A DNA stretch of 63,953 bases, the filler included, from Conidiobolus incongruus B7586 (lineage: Eukaryota), in NCBI GenBank assembly GCA_000697335.1. It is 11 parts of 11 records of this genome, joined end to end, with 100 filler letters (N's around TTAATTAATTAA, not from the genome) between each part and the next. Parts side by side here need not be neighbours in the genome. Positions count along the whole stretch, not along the records: positions 22,310 to 28,679 come from JNEM01007290.1; positions 28,780 to 39,691 come from JNEM01007291.1; positions 39,792 to 50,124 come from JNEM01007292.1; 8 more parts are not named here. The stretch is one strand, 5' to 3'. Under the pieces are notes generated by a model that saw only the letters and a list, made by a program, of their open reading frames with translations, was not told the DNA's origin and made no database searches. Within the stretch, counting starts at the first letter, position 1, and the number at the start of each line of letters is the position of its first letter. The position numbers were made by a program, and so were the translations under genes. Below are positions 25,845-40,800 of the stretch, in pieces.

Positions 25845-28679
25845 ATGGCACCTTCGAAATATAAATTGATTCGGGAAATTAAAGCTATTTGGAGGAGGTT
25901 TGCCCCATTTCAAAGAGACTATCCTAACGATGATACTCATCATGAGAGGGCTAATTCCTATATGTTTCGCTCGAGGAGTAGGATTCCTGGTTTAACAGGT
26001 CGAAGAGTATTTCTCAATATGCCAATACCACCCGATTATTTAGACAAACATCATAATCCCAAAATCAAATTCCCAACTAACAAAATTGTTACCTCCAAAT
26101 ATAATATATTTACTTTTGTACCTAAAAACTTTTTTGAACAGTTCAGGAGAGTAGCAAATCTTTACTTTTTAATTGTTGCTATTTTACAACTTGTTCCCAC
26201 TTTTGATGTTAATAGTCCAGTATTTGTTGTATTACCTATTATGACTGTAATAACGATAACTGCTGTGAAAGACGCTGTGGAAGATTATCGAAGACAGCAG
26301 GCCGACAAGGAATTTAACAGTACGATTACTCATATTTTAGCGAATTGGGTTAATGTGAATACTCCGACTAATCCCAAAAATAACGCTTTTACCAAAATTA
26401 TCAAAAAACCAATACAAGCTATTTCAAACCTATTTTGTGGTAAAAAACAGCCTTCATTAATTGAAAGTTGCTCTAGTTTACATGGCCCGGAATTTCAACC
26501 TACGATATGGCAGGATGTTAAAGTTGGTGATATTATTCATATTGGAAAAGATGAACCTGTACCAGCTGATATATTGATTTTGAGCTCCGATGATCCAGAC
26601 GGTGAATGCTATATTGAAACAAAGAACTTGGACGGTGAAACGAATCTCAAAACCCGAAATGCTATTCCTGAGACTTCTCATATTCAAACGGCATCTGATT
26701 GTTCAAGGATTCAAGGATATGTTGATACTGATCTGCCCTCTTCTAATATTTATGTGTTCAATGGTAATTTTACAATTATGGAAAACGATGAAGATAGTCG
26801 AGATGCTAGTCTCTATAAAACTAGTTATCAGGACGACGTAAGGATGTCTAATTTACCAAGTCAAACGATCCCTTTCAATATAAAAAATGTATTGCTTCGA
26901 GGTCATGTTTTAAGAAATACTTCATTCGTTATTGGAATTGTTTTATTCACTGGTAATGATACAAAAATTATGTTGAATTCAGGTACAACGCCAAGTAAAA
27001 GATCAAAAATTGAAAAAACCATGAACAAACAGGTACATAATCAATTCTAATATTTATATTTTCAATTGTATTTAGAATTTTTTCATGTTCATATCCAATT
27101 AACCAATTTTCTAATTCAATTTTTAGGTTCTCTTTAACTCTTTCCTTTTGTTTATTCTTTCATTATGCTTAGCTGTTGGTTATGGTATCATTGTCGCAAA
27201 TGCCACCCCATCACAAATTCAATTGTTTGGAATTGACAACGGAAACTCACTTTGGTATGGTTTTATCAATTTTTGGGCCGCTATCATTTTACTTCAGAAT
27301 ATTATTCCTATCTCACTATATGTGAGTATTGAAGTAGTTAAAAGTTTCCAAGCATTATTCATTTATAGTGATTTAAAAATGTACTACGAACCCACTGATT
27401 CTCCATGTATTCCCAAATCGGTAATTATATATTTTGATTTCGATATATCATTTTGCTAACATTTCTTTTTAAATTATAGTGGAATTTATCTGATGATTTA
27501 GGCCAAGTTCAATATTTATTTTCTGACAAAACTGGAACTTTAACTCGAAATGTAATGGAATTTAAACATTGTATTGTAAATGGTAAAGTATACGGGAAAG
27601 TTATTCCAGGACAAGAAACAGATGTTGAGAAGGGTTTATTGAGGAAACAGGGCGCTGAAATGCAAGAAAGAAAAGGTGCCGATAAAGAAACTATGATTCG
27701 AGAACATTTTCATGAAATGAAAAAGCTATTTGAACCCGAATATTGTGAAGCTACAGAAGATAATATTACATTTTGTGACGCTGACTTATATCGTGATCTA
27801 GCCAAAGATGACGAACAATCTAAATCAATTCGTGAATTCTTTTTAAACTTAGCACTTTGTCACACCGTTTTAATTGAACATAACTCCAAATCAGACTCTT
27901 CCATCTCTTCCATTTCAACTAATTTTGTATATCGTGCTGAATCTCCAGATGAGAAAGCTCTGGTTACCGCTGCCAAGGATGCTGGTTTCACTTTTATGAA
28001 TCGCAGTAAAACTACTTTAGGAGTGGATATTTTGGGTAAAAAATACGAATTTGAGCTATTAGACTTGTTAGAATTCAATAGTACTCGAAAAAGAACGTCT
28101 GTTATTGTCAAACGTCCAGCTCCTTGGAATGATATTGTCCTCTTAATTAAAGGAGCTGATAATGTGATTATTGAACGTTTAGCCAAAGGTCAAGATGAGA
28201 TTGTTGAACAAACACAAAAACAGATTAATCACTTTTCGAATCAAGGTCTCCGAACATTATGCTTAGCTTACAGAATTCTCAATGAGAATGAGTGTGAAGA
28301 ATGGCGTCAACGATATAAAGATGCCCTCACGTCTATTGATAATCGAGATAAGTTAGTTGATCAAACTTGTGAAGAGATTGAAACAGAATTAACTCTTCTC
28401 GGAGCTACAGCTATTGAAGATAAGCTTCAAGAAGGCGTCCCTGAATGTATCGAATCTTTGAGAACTGCCGGAATTCGAGTTTGGGTACTTACTGGAGATA
28501 AAATGGAAACTGCTATTAACATTGGATTCGCATGCAGTCTGTTAAACAAGGATATGAAAGTCTATACTGTAGCTAACGGTAACGCCGAACAGGTCGAAGA
28601 AAACTTCTTCCACATTGCAGAAGAAATCAAAAGGAAAGAATTCCATGATGGAAATGATGCAATTGTAATCGATGGTGGT
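25845..28679 (+). CDS. P4-ATPase phospholipid flippase, Dnf1/Dnf2-like, 3' truncated by gap; exons 25845-27032, 27127-27420, 27480->28679
   Basis: Motifs TSKY..FEQFRRVANLYF, ETKNLDGETNLK, spliced PKS/WNLSDDLGQVQYLFSDKTGTLT, AESPDE, EFNSTRKR, KGAD, GATAIEDKLQEGVP, WVLTGDKMETAINIG. Both GT-AG introns are in phase 0. Confidence 0.97.
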
Positions 28680-29029
28680 NNNNNNNNNNNNNNNNNNNNN
28701 NNNNNNNNNNNNNNNNNNNNNNNTTAATTAATTAANNNNNNNNNNNNNNNNNNNNNNNNNNNNNNNNNNNNNNNNNNNNAATAAAAAATTATATAAAAAA
28801 ATTTAAAATTCAATAATTATAATATCTTATTATAGAAACTACTGCTTTTGATAATATTTTAATATGATTTATTTGTCACAATATACTTTCCTTATTAATC
28901 TATTTATTTATTATTATTAATTATATAGTAATTAAATCCATACTTAATTTTTTTCTAGGAATAAATTAATTCAGCTATCTAAATTAAGGTATTAATTACT
29001 AATTGAATTTGTCCTCAAATTTTAAATTA

Positions 29030-29175
29030 AAGATATTTTAATAAAAAATAATTATAAAGTATATATATATATATATTTTCAAAAAGTATATTCTCCTAGA
29101 TATTTTATATATATTTGATTTTTCAAATCTAGCAATATGTTTAAAAAATCAGAAATTAAAAAATATGCCATTTTT
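29030..29175 (-). mobile_element. Mariner 5' end relic
   Basis: AATATGTTTAAAAAATCAGAAATTAAAAAATATGCCATT matches the mariner left end at 8762-8800 and the reverse complement of 50608-50650. Confidence 0.65.
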
Positions 29176-30584
29176 TTATTAACTAATATATTATTAATTA
29201 ATCTAATTTTCCTTGAAAAAAAATTATATATTTGAACTATATAATTAAAACTATTGGTTAATTTATTAAGTTAAAATTTAATGTATCAGAATTTTATAAT
29301 ATAAGAAAATAAACCCCATTAATAAAATAACTTGAATATATTTAATAATTATATATTATATATTAATACTTCCCATGGTGATTATATTTTAATTATAATA
29401 ATAGTTTTACGATTTAAACTATCAAACAACGATTTTAACTTGGAATTGAACTATAATATTATACTAATATTACTGTAATATAAATTATAAATTATTTTTA
29501 AGAAAAATCAAATTAAAAAATTTATGATAATTTTTTAGATTAAAATTTGAATAAAATAATTAACTACGTGAAAATTAATTAACAAAAATAATAAATCTGT
29601 AGTTTAAATTAATCATATTATGAAATCATGATATTAAAAAATATCCCTTTATTATTAAGATCACTTTCAAATATAGTCTATAATAAATGAAAATCTTGTT
29701 TGATTAAAATTCCTATATCTCAGTTATATCATAAAACAAATAAAGCCTTAAAAAAATTTAATTTAAGTATATAATAGAATGAAAATATCAAAAGTTTACA
29801 AATGATTTAATCTTTAAATATATAATTATATGTTTTTTTATAAATTGAAATTTTTCAATAGATGATAAAATATCAATAACTTGATAATATAAAGATTTTT
29901 AATTGTTAAATATTAAAATATTGATTTGAGACATTGATTTTATTAAAATATAACAAAAGATATTGCTATTACTAAAAATATATTTATTTTTATTTTTTTA
30001 TTAATTAAATTAAATCAAATTATCAATATAAATAAAAAAAATTATAATAGAGAATATATTTAACAATTGTGATTTTGGAATTAAAATATATTATCAATTT
30101 TAATTATTGAAAATATTTATTATTTTGAAATTAATATTATTAATAAAATTTCTAATAGATTGATTTAGTTGTTTATCTATTACATATGTTTTATCTTGAT
30201 TTAATGATATATCTGTTAAAGTGTATATAGTTCAATCACAACTATTATCAAAATTGTGAAATTATTAATAGCAAAGATTATATTATTAATTAACTGCTTT
30301 TATGTAATAATCAGCTTTCAAGATTTTTTTAGTTATTATTACTACTTTTCAGTCTAAACTTATATTGATATTCAATTCAGTAGATATAATCCTAAAAGAG
30401 AATAATTTAAAAAATGATTTGTATTTAATTTGATATATATTTTCATTTTTATGAATATATCTTAAAAATGCTAGATTTATTGATCAATTTCTATTTTAAA
30501 TATGAAAAAGCTATTAATATAATTTCTAAATAAAGATTTTAAAAAATTGAAATCTTATAACCAAATCAAAGTAAATTTAATATA

Positions 30585-32151
30585 CATTAGCCCATAAAAG
30601 TGAGTCATAAAATTTAAAATATATATATTTCTATTAATATCTTAATTAATTCTAATTTAAATAAACTTATATTAAACTATGTAATTAATATATATTTTTT
30701 ATTTATAATATAATATATATAGTTAAATTTAATTAATTATTAATTGATATATTAACACTAAAAATATACTTAAGATAAGTTATAAATTTGCAGGTTTTAG
30801 TATTGATAGAAAAATTAATATCTAGTATATCTACCTTTTGCTTTTTTAACTTTAAGTTTGTAGGGTATAGAGTTAACTAGCTTTTTACATTAAGTAAAAT
30901 TAATATTATTTTAAGTTTCTTAAATATACTCTTAAACTTAATTAAAATTTTTTGTTGAGGGGGAAAGCTTTAATTAATTTTTTTAGTTGATCCTAAAAAT
31001 ATTTAATTAGGTTAAGATTAAAAGATTAAGGAGGTTATTTCATAATAGTTATTTTGTTATTTTTAAGCTATTTAATAATAGAATTTATAGTATATTAAAG
31101 TGTATTATCTTGTTACAAAATAATATTTGATTTTTTTAATCTATATTACTCAATAGTTTTTTTCAATTTATTGTTTAAAATACTTTAGTATATCTCAATA
31201 TTAATTCCTTTATTAACTTTACAAAAATACCTTATACCTAAAGATAACATATATCTCTAAATTATAATTAACCTACTATTGTATTTTTAGGTTATAATAA
31301 TATAATGGTTATAAAGTAGTTTTTTATCTTTTTTGAAACATCTAGCTTTTTTATTAAATTTATTAAAATATATCTTTGTTTCATTAGATTAAATAACCTT
31401 ACTCTAGTTAGTTTTAGTTTAACTTTAGTGTTGACATTTAAACTCCTACTTAGCTTTATAATAAGACTTTTTTAGTTAAAGGTGTTTTTTCTTAAGATGT
31501 AAATAGTATTTATTTTAACATAAAGTATGTATAATAATATTAGTATTAACTAATATTTTTGTATAGTCTTGTAATTCTTGTTATACTTTTATAGTAGTAT
31601 TATATTTACCTATATTAATTAATCTATAAATATACTTTTTATCATGCTTATCTATAATTTTAACACACTTAAGTTTTAGTTTAGGTGTTTCTTTAACATT
31701 GTTCTTAATAACCTTAACTATAATAGATTAACTAACACTAATAATTTTAATAATCTCATAAGTTAATTTATTTTTATTATAAAGTTAATTAATTTATAAG
31801 TGAACTTTTTTAATGAGAGATTTAAGCATTATAATATTAATTTTAAAATATTAGCTTAATAGTTTTATAATATATATAATACAACAAAAGAAAAAGAAGA
31901 TATATATAAGTTTTGTTATTTATACCCTTTTAACTTATAAACCTACAAATTTATAACTCACCTTGGTTAAATTTTAGGTTTTGATATATTAACCAATAGC
32001 TAATGTAATATAATCAAATATAGTTAGTTATAATCAATTAATGTAGGTAAATTATATATTTTAATTTAAATTTTTTTAATTAGGAATTGTTTAAGATATA
32101 AGTAAATATTTAAGTAATTTTGATTTTATGACTTACTTTTGTAGGCTAGTG
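30585..32151 (-). mobile_element. Tc1 copy 2, full length, sister subfamily with divergent subterminal regions
   Basis: TIRs CATTAGCCCATAAAAGTGAGTCATAAAAT and ATTTTATGACTTACTTTTGTAGGCTAGTG, flanked by TA. Transposase region collinear with the other copies. Retains the ATG (CAT at ~31828). Confidence 0.93.
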
Positions 32152-33366
32152 TATATATTTAAGTTAAAAACAAAGTATCAGTATTTAACCATATATTTTA
32201 GTTATTTTATCAAATATTAGTTATAATCAAAAATTAGTTGATACATTTCCATTAATAAAATTGATAAAATTCAAGCGAAATTTTCACCATAATATCTCAG
32301 AAATATATCCAGATTTATTAAAACTAGCACTGATATAATATAATATAATAAAGACACGTTTATTATACAAACATTAAAATTTATTTCATGATAAATTATG
32401 TCAGTTTGTTTTCAATTTTAAACTATTTCAAGTAATAATGGTAAAAGAAAAAAATCCAACTTAAGCACTCAATGGAAGAGATAAGACTCGAAAACACATC
32501 CTTCATATACGAAGGCTAATTATTCATGCATTAGGCTACAGCTCCATAGCCCATCTTCGTCTTCTGTTTATTTCAATTTTAGCAATATATACTATCCAAA
32601 TCTGATTGCTATTTGATTCATTTCAAATTTTTTTCAAAGATTGAATTATTTTGGTTAATGTTACACAACAAATTAGAAGTCACCTTGTGTTTTGATTGCA
32701 CCAGATTATTTAAATTATTAATTGTTCAATGTTAAAAACATAATATATTAAAATCTGCAAATATATCTTTATCCTTAACTGTAATAATAAAAATATATAA
32801 TATTGGGTGAACTAATAGCTGAAATAGTTGTTAACCATTTTCAATTTTTAATATTTTTGTTATTAATAATCATTTAGATTGGGTGACATCATCATATCAT
32901 TATTCATAGTATAATATTCTAATTCCATCAATATATCCAATATTAAAATTTTATACATTAATCACAATAATAAATTTAATAATGCAAACAATATCCAATA
33001 TAATTTAAATATTTATTTCAAAGTAATGCCAATTGAAGTCACTATAAAATAATCTTATAATAACATTCACTTCACAATCCATAATATTAACACTATTGTT
33101 ATATCTATAAATCATTGCAATAATACAAAATTTAAGTCAAAATGAAATATACTGACCTCAAAAAGTCTATTCATATTATTACCAATATGAAATGTTATTT
33201 TTTAAATTATTTATTCAATAAGGAAATGATTGATCATATTAGTCCGAGAATGGAAATCATCCGATCCCATAACCCAAATCAACTGATACACTACAAATTA
33301 AATTTACAAACTACTTCAGTACTCCATTTTTAAATCCAAAAAAAACTAGAAAAAATACTGAAAAAA

Positions 33367-35943
33367 ATGTCCAATAGAGCTCTCAAAAAAATAAACAAAG
33401 ACGACCAACTTTTAGCAAATTTAGAAAGTTTAGGCCTACACAGCGATAATGAAGAAGACACTGAGGTCAATTTGGAACATGGGTTATTACCTGTAAAGAA
33501 GGGAGGTAAGAATAAGAAGAAGCAAAAGAAGTTGAATGCATTTGACCTGGTGATTTCTATTGAAAGGCATTTGAAATGTTTGTTAACTAAATTGATAGTT
33601 GATGTCAGAAGAAGGTTCTACTTCAGAATTGAATAATTTGGATAATGTAGTTGAAGAAGAAGAAGTATTAGACCAAGGGGATATAGTTAAAGTGTCGCAA
33701 TCCAAACCTAAAGTAAAAAATAATCAAAATATGACAGTTTATTTTTTGTAATATTTATATTATTTGAATTGGTTTGATAGCCCCAAAAGAAACAAACTAA
33801 GAAAAAGAACAAAAAATCAAATCAACTCAAGTCTAAAAAGGAGGATTTAACCCTAGAGGAGTTAGAGGATGAAATTGAAAAAATGAAACAACTGTAAATT
33901 GCCAATTTATCAAATTGGTCTATTGTCTAATACTTGAAATAGTGATAAACAAATATATAACGATACCAATACCAATAGTAAGGGGAAAGTAGATTTGAAT
34001 CAAATTTTGAAAGTGAGCCCTAAAAATTTGGATCCTGATCAAGAGACTATTAGAATGTTTGGATCTAAAATTGTAATATTTATAATTAATTCATTGTTGA
34101 TGTTTTATATTGATGAATTTCACTAGGTCCAAAATGAATTGAAGAATAAACGCTATGCTAAGTAAGTTTTTTGAATTTGATTAATGACAAAATATTAATT
34201 AGTTAATAGATTGTCCAAAAAGTATATATTAGCAACACCACGCGAATTTTGGCCACGACCCGAGCACATAGGTTTGAATATGGAGATCACCGATAATATG
34301 GATGGTTACAACTTCTACACATTTACACAAAACGCTCGATACCGGGAGGTGCAACGACATTTCTACCACGCCGTGAACACACATGATCCCAACGCCATTA
34401 TGGCGGTGTCTCAAATGCAACCCTACCACCTCGATTCCCTGTTGATGCTTTCAGAAATAGCTAAACAGTCCGGCGAAATTGCAACCGCTGGCGAAATGAT
34501 CGAGCGTGCACTGTTCTCCAGTGAGATGGCATTTCATCCCAATTTTAATTTAGCTAGCGGTAATTGCCGATTGGATTACAATCGCCTGGAGAATCGATCC
34601 TTCTTCCTTGCACTCTATAGGCATTTGCAGTTTTTGGCGAGGAAGGGATGTTGGAGAACTTGTTTGGAATTCAACAAACTTATCCTAAGGTAGTTTACCT
34701 CTTATCCACCTATCCCCAACTTGCACTAACCTCCAAAAGCCTCAACCCCGTAGCAGATCCCTTATACAGTCTCTTGAACATTGACTATTTCTCATTACAA
34801 TCGAGAGAATACCAATACTTCCTCGATTTCTTCAACACTTGGTCCGAGATTTGTTCAGTTGATTCTTTACCGAATATGGTATTTTCACGAGTGTTGGCAG
34901 CTTTACACTGCTACAAAGATTGCAAAAATGTAAGTCCCATATTAATTATTTAGTAATAATATTGACATGCTTTAGACGGAATTGGCAACGGATTACCTCA
35001 TTTTTGCGGTTATTCATTTCCCTGATTTATTCTTGAAATTAATCGACAAATGCGGTATTAGTTTCAATCAAGATATTTCATTAATTCGGGAGCATGCTAA
35101 TAAGTTTACAAAATCAAGTATTTTTAGCATCTCAATATTTTAAATTTTTTACTAATTTATTTTTAGCAAATGGTCCATCAAAGTCTTCAATTTCGCTATT
35201 GAGTGCAATTTACGTCGAACGCGCATTCCCAGCTTGGAAAGAGAGCGACACTGTAGAATTTTTACAAAGGGTAATCATTAAAGTGTTGGATGCAATCGCC
35301 AATCTCGATACTGAAACAATAGAGAGTTATGAATCCTTATGGCAGGAAGATGCTAGTAATTCTATAGAATTACGATTGAGCCGTCATGCTCTCATCTCCG
35401 AATTTGATAATTTGAAATCGTATCTTCCAGCGGATATTCTGTCGAGACCTGTCTATATGCACGATCCCTTACCACCTCTAGAGTCAGTGAGCTTGTATGA
35501 TGATTACAAGCTCGTTGAAGATCTCCAAAGGAGTCGCAGCAATGTATTTGGCTCAGGTCTCGGGGATGCCGTACCCCAAATCATGGATCGCATTATGGAG
35601 GGCTTTAACAGACTGGTGAATCAAGCACAAACTGAAGACAGAGACATTCAAGAGGTAAAATTTACACATTTTTTCAATTCATTATTCATTAACAATTTTA
35701 ATTGATTTTTCAGATTATTCAGAATCAAGAAAAGTAAGTCATCAATTGCCATCACTATTACAATATGATTAAAGTAACTTTTCTAGTCCAGGATTCCTAC
35801 AAACGTTTTGGGAGCGTATTCAAAATTTGGCTAACCCTATGGGCACCACAGGTAACCAAAACGAGAATGCTGAAGTGTCAGGTGAAGATGAATGGAATGA
35901 CGACAATGATGGTGATGATAATGAGGAAGAAGAAACCAATTAA
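33367..35943 (+). CDS. RQC1: Ribosome quality control complex subunit Rqc1 / TCF25 family, multi-exon with short introns
   Basis: N-terminus MSNRALKK and a basic/acidic low-complexity region. Core motifs PYHLDSLLMLSE, IERALF, ENRSFFLALYRHLQFLARKGCWRTCLEFNKLIL/SLNPVADP, LPNMVFS, HDPLPP. Acidic C-terminus with TAA at 35941-35943. Confidence 0.92.
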
Positions 35944-36119
35944 CTCATTAATAACACCTTTTAATTATTTTTAATACCCTTTTTCAAAAATTTTTATAAA
36001 CTTGTAATAAATTTAAACAAAATTTTTGCACATTAATATTCAATCCCATAAAGTTTCATTCAATTTTTAAAATTCTATAAAATTTACCAATTCCCAAGTC
36101 CAATTCCTCCAACCAAAAA

Positions 36120-36926
36120 ATGATTCACCAAAGATTAAATAGTGTAGTGTCGGGAACGACATCCCCCACAAAGTTTTCCATATCATCCTTAGAATTGGCA
36201 AGTTCACCCCAGGGTAAAATCCTTGATAGAAATTTTAATAAGTTGAGGGGCCAAGAGGTAAGTCATTAGGGTAATTTTTAGAATAAAAATTAATGAAAAT
36301 TTTAGGTCAATTTGAGTTCTTTTTGCTTCTTATTCAGCGAAATGATTCAAATGTGTCAGAAAAAAGTAACAGGTATTACGGATTTGGAGAAGAGGTAAAT
36401 TACGGTTATTATATTCATTTGAATTTTTTTGACTGTTCTTTAGATTGAGTGATATGGGCCAACGTGTGGGAATTCGTGTTCTCGAATTAATAATGTCGAG
36501 GGAGAAGGTGATGCGCAGGGAATTGACAGTAATCAACCAGTTATACTTCATCAACACGGTGGTGTGGAAGTACCTCTTCAACAAGGCCGCTGACTCCCTC
36601 GAGAAGAGTACTGACCAGGACGACGAGTATATGATCAGCGATAATGATCCCGTACTCACCCAATTTATTTCGATCCCCAAAGAGTTGAATCAACTCAATT
36701 GCAATGCATTTTTGGCTGGGTTGGTGGAAAGTATATTGAGGGCGAGTCAATTCGTAAGCAATTTACTAGATATATACATCAATTTAGTATATTAATACTT
36801 TTTTAGCCTTGTCGCGTTACTGCACATTCCAATCCCCTCCCAAATTTTCCACAAAGGACTACCATACTCATTAAATTTGATTCATCTGTAATTGAGAGGG
36901 AAGCTTTACAAGCTATGAAAAATTAA
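36120..36926 (+). CDS. TRS31: TRAPP complex subunit Trs31 / TRAPPC5, four exons
   Basis: Spliced product ..ILDRNFNKLRGQE/VNLSSFASLFSEMIQ..DLEKR/LSDMGQRVGIRVLEL..VWKYLFNKAADSLEKS..EYMISDNDP..ISIPKELNQLNCNAFLAGLVE..F/PCRVTAH..TTILIKFDSSVIERE. Confidence 0.95.
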
Positions 36927-36988
36927 TAAATCCACAATTTCATTATAATAATAATAAATAATCATTTTATTAATTTAAATTAATATAT

Positions 36989-37872
36989 TTAAATAACTTT
37001 AGCTAATTTGTACATATTTTGAGTTTTAAAAATTAGATAGCCCTCGACGAGGTAGTCCTTCCAAACGAGAGCTCTAAATTGGAATTTGATAAAACTGAGC
37101 CAAATAATCCAAACGATACCGGATGTTACGGAGATGAGGACAATTTGGAACAATTGATAAAATCCCAGTTGAAAGACGGAGGGCATGCATGGATTCTTCA
37201 CCGGAAATATGGGAGCAATCAGCGGTGGAGCAATGGTCAACCAACGCGTAAAGTCCAGTGCCAGTAGGGGAACGATAGGGTAAAACAAATCAAAGATTAA
37301 ATTAACTAAATATTCTAACCTATTTAAGTGTAAACTGTGAAACTCCCAAATCGTAATAGAAAAAGCATTCATATGTAAATAACAAAAACTCCAAAACAAA
37401 GCCCAAATACTGTTGTACCACTTTATACCTTCGGGTGGCGGTAGTCGCGACAAAAAGAACTGGAACCAAATAGCACCATTTAAACTTGGTGCCACTTTGA
37501 CTGTCAGCCAGTTAAAATGGGGTTTTAGGGGTTTCCAATTCAGAAATAGGCCAAATATCGAATAATATAGGAGAAGAGAGAGGTTGAGTAACTGGTCATA
37601 CGTCTTTATGGTGAAGTTGGGTTCTATATACTTGTACAGGGTATTCGACTGTAGTGCAATAATTACAAATGTGCCAACCATTTTGAAGAGGTTGAAAGTG
37701 ACCTGACTAAAAATGATTAGTAAATAATTTTCAATTCGTTTTAATTAATTACATTTGGGTATCTGGTTCCACTTTAGCATAAAACGGCGTATCCTTAGGA
37801 AATTTTCTAGCTTGGTCTTCATTTAAGTGACTATCCGTATACTTATCAAAATATTTATAGTATCGATCTTTA
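36989..37872 (-). CDS. Uncharacterised multi-pass membrane protein, possibly FAR-17a/AIG1-like; true start not resolved
   Basis: 230-aa ORF with several hydrophobic segments. An in-frame GT-AG intron at 37752-37707 joins an upstream exon (..KFPKDTPFYAKVEPDTQI/QVTFNLFKM). The LHMNAFSITIWEF motif is only suggestive. Confidence 0.7.
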
Positions 37873-40800
37873 ACTAAATAAAATTATTAATTATTGGTAT
37901 TACTATTTTTTTAAATAATTAATTAAAAATTTAATTAATAATATAATACATTTTGAATTCATATTATTTAAATAATTTAAAAGTAAAAAATAAAATTTAG
38001 TATTACATAAACTAAATTAAACATTGATAGTATATATACACTTTGGTGAATTTCAGGGGCTTTAAATCATCATTTAAAGTAAGTGATACGAATTATTTGA
38101 ATAAATTAGAATGTTCAAATACTGGAGAATTTTTAGACAAATTGAAACTTTAATGATTGAACGTGATAATTAGACAATCTAATAACCTTTAAATATCATA
38201 TGATTTTAATATTTAATAAAGGATTTAAATGGATTATTTATATTAAACAAAAATTTGAGTTTTAATATAATTTTAACTTTATTTCAAATTTTACTTGTAT
38301 AAAAATTATTTAGATCTAATCAATATTAGACTATACACTATTTTTAATATATTTAACAATGTCCTCTTTTGACGTCAAAATTTATATCAAAATTTCTCTA
38401 TTCCAAATAAGCAATTTAGTATTGATAAGTGTTTGTAAAGGACTGAAATTTTTTTATGAAAAAATATTTTTTAAAGTTATTGGTAGAATTTAATTGTAGT
38501 TTGATAACTTTGTCGTTTAATATTAATAGTTAATTTAAATTAGTTTTTATAGTATGAATTTTATAAGAATTCAAAGTATTTTAATATGATTAAATTTTAT
38601 AAATAATGTTCAGATTTAATTTTTTTATATACTGAATTAGGTGAATCAAAATAAAATTTAGATAATATAATAATATAATAATATAATAATATATTAACTA
38701 TATTCAATTCTATGTAGTTATTATTGATATATTGTAAAACTTATCAATAGTATCAATTATAGTTATTTCAAATTCATAATGTGATTATTAATAGAATAAA
38801 CTAATATTATTATATATTAGTATATTAATTTTGATTTTTTTATTGTTTTTTTATGTAAATTCAAAATTGATATTTTAAACTATCTAGAATATAATATACA
38901 TATAATATAATAGGTGTATTTAATAAATCATATAAATTTTAATAAATAAAATATTCAATCAATATTTACAAAGTTATAATTATCATTAAGTAAAACATTA
39001 TAATAATATAATTAATATTGATATATATCAATATAAAAAGAACATATTAAAGAATTCTTGAAAGAATTATATATTAAGAACCAATGATTATTTGATAATA
39101 TTTATTGATATTTTCAAATTTCGTATGATTTTAATATTATTATTAATGAAAATAAACTTTATAAAAGGGATTAAATATTATTTAATAATTAATTCTGAAT
39201 TAATATATTTTTTCAATATAAATAATATAATATTTGATTATAATTATCAATTAATATTATTTTTTAAATATGAAATAATTTTAATTATAATCAAGTAAAG
39301 TTTATTTATTAAAAATATATCCATAACTCTTGAATTAACATAAAATATAAAAATAACATGGAATTTAAAAAATATTAGGAACTTTTGGATAATAAAAGAT
39401 AATTTAGTCTTATTTGAATAATTTAAAATATATTAAAATTATAATAAATTATAGTTTGAATTTAGAAAAAAAGATTCATATTAGATACTAATATATTTAA
39501 TATTATAAGTTGAATAAATATATTTAATTTTGGAATAAGAATTATTTTTCAATTAATTTGAATTAATATTTATAATAGAATATATTAAAGTCTAATAAAC
39601 TAAAAAAAATGAATTAATTCAGAAAAATTCAATTTAAATTCAATTTAAATTTAAATTCTCATTATATTTTAAATATTTCAAAATTATTTAANNNNNNNNN
39701 NNNNNNNNNNNNNNNNNNNNNNNNNNNNNNNNNNNTTAATTAATTAANNNNNNNNNNNNNNNNNNNNNNNNNNNNNNNNNNNNNNNNNNNNTATTTATTA
39801 ATATTATTTAATAATATGTAATATAAATAATGGAATAATTAGATAAAAAATCATGGTAGAACCTTGTAATTGAAATTATAATTTAAATAAGATAAGTTTG
39901 AGATTAATTTGAATATATAATAAATAATAAATATAAAAGTTTAATATATAAATAAATATAATATAATGAATAATTTATAAAAAAGTTTTGTTAATAATTA
40001 TCATATTATTTAAATAAAATATTAAAAATTATGTTTAATATAAATAATTATTTTAATATAAAAATTATATTATGTATTTTTTAAACTTTAAACTTTCTTT
40101 TGATATTATTAAATATAATCATGTTAATTGATATTATAGATGTACTTAACTTGAAATGAATGAATTTAATTATAAAATTTATTTATAAATATATGATATT
40201 ATTATTTAATAATGTATAATATTACAGTAAATTGATACAATACTATTATATAAATATCGAATACTATTATATTATTTATATTCAATTATTATTTCAAATT
40301 AATAATGAAAATATATTATTTTATCTGATAGACTTAATTTAATTCTCAACTAAATAATTAATAATTATATTTTAGATAAAAATTAGTTTGATAAACTAAT
40401 AAATAAATCTAAATTTTTAACAGGTTTAAATTCAAATCAAAACTCACAAAGTTGGAATCTTTCCCACAAAATATCAAGTTGTAGAGTGATATTAAATTAT
40501 TAATAGGATGAAAAAGATAGATAAAGCTTGAGATATTATAATTATTCTATTCAATAAATCAATTAAGAGGAACTCAAAGTCGAATCATACAAAATTATCT
40601 AAATTCACTTCTGATCAGAGGAGGTGAATAATATTGAGTCATTAATATATCAGATATTAATTTAAACTTAATATAATAAAGATTTCAAAGTGTACATATA
40701 TTTATCATATTAGATTAATGAAATTCAAATCTCTATTAACTTAAATATTTTTAAGAATATATAGTGGAAATAAGGGTCCAAAGAGTTCAAAATCAAAATC

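Noticed and set aside
21063..36750. Small overlapping ORFs at 21063, 21270, 26478, 26590, 27860, 34229, 35765, 36330 and 36541
   Set aside because: Antisense or off-frame shadows of well-supported genes.
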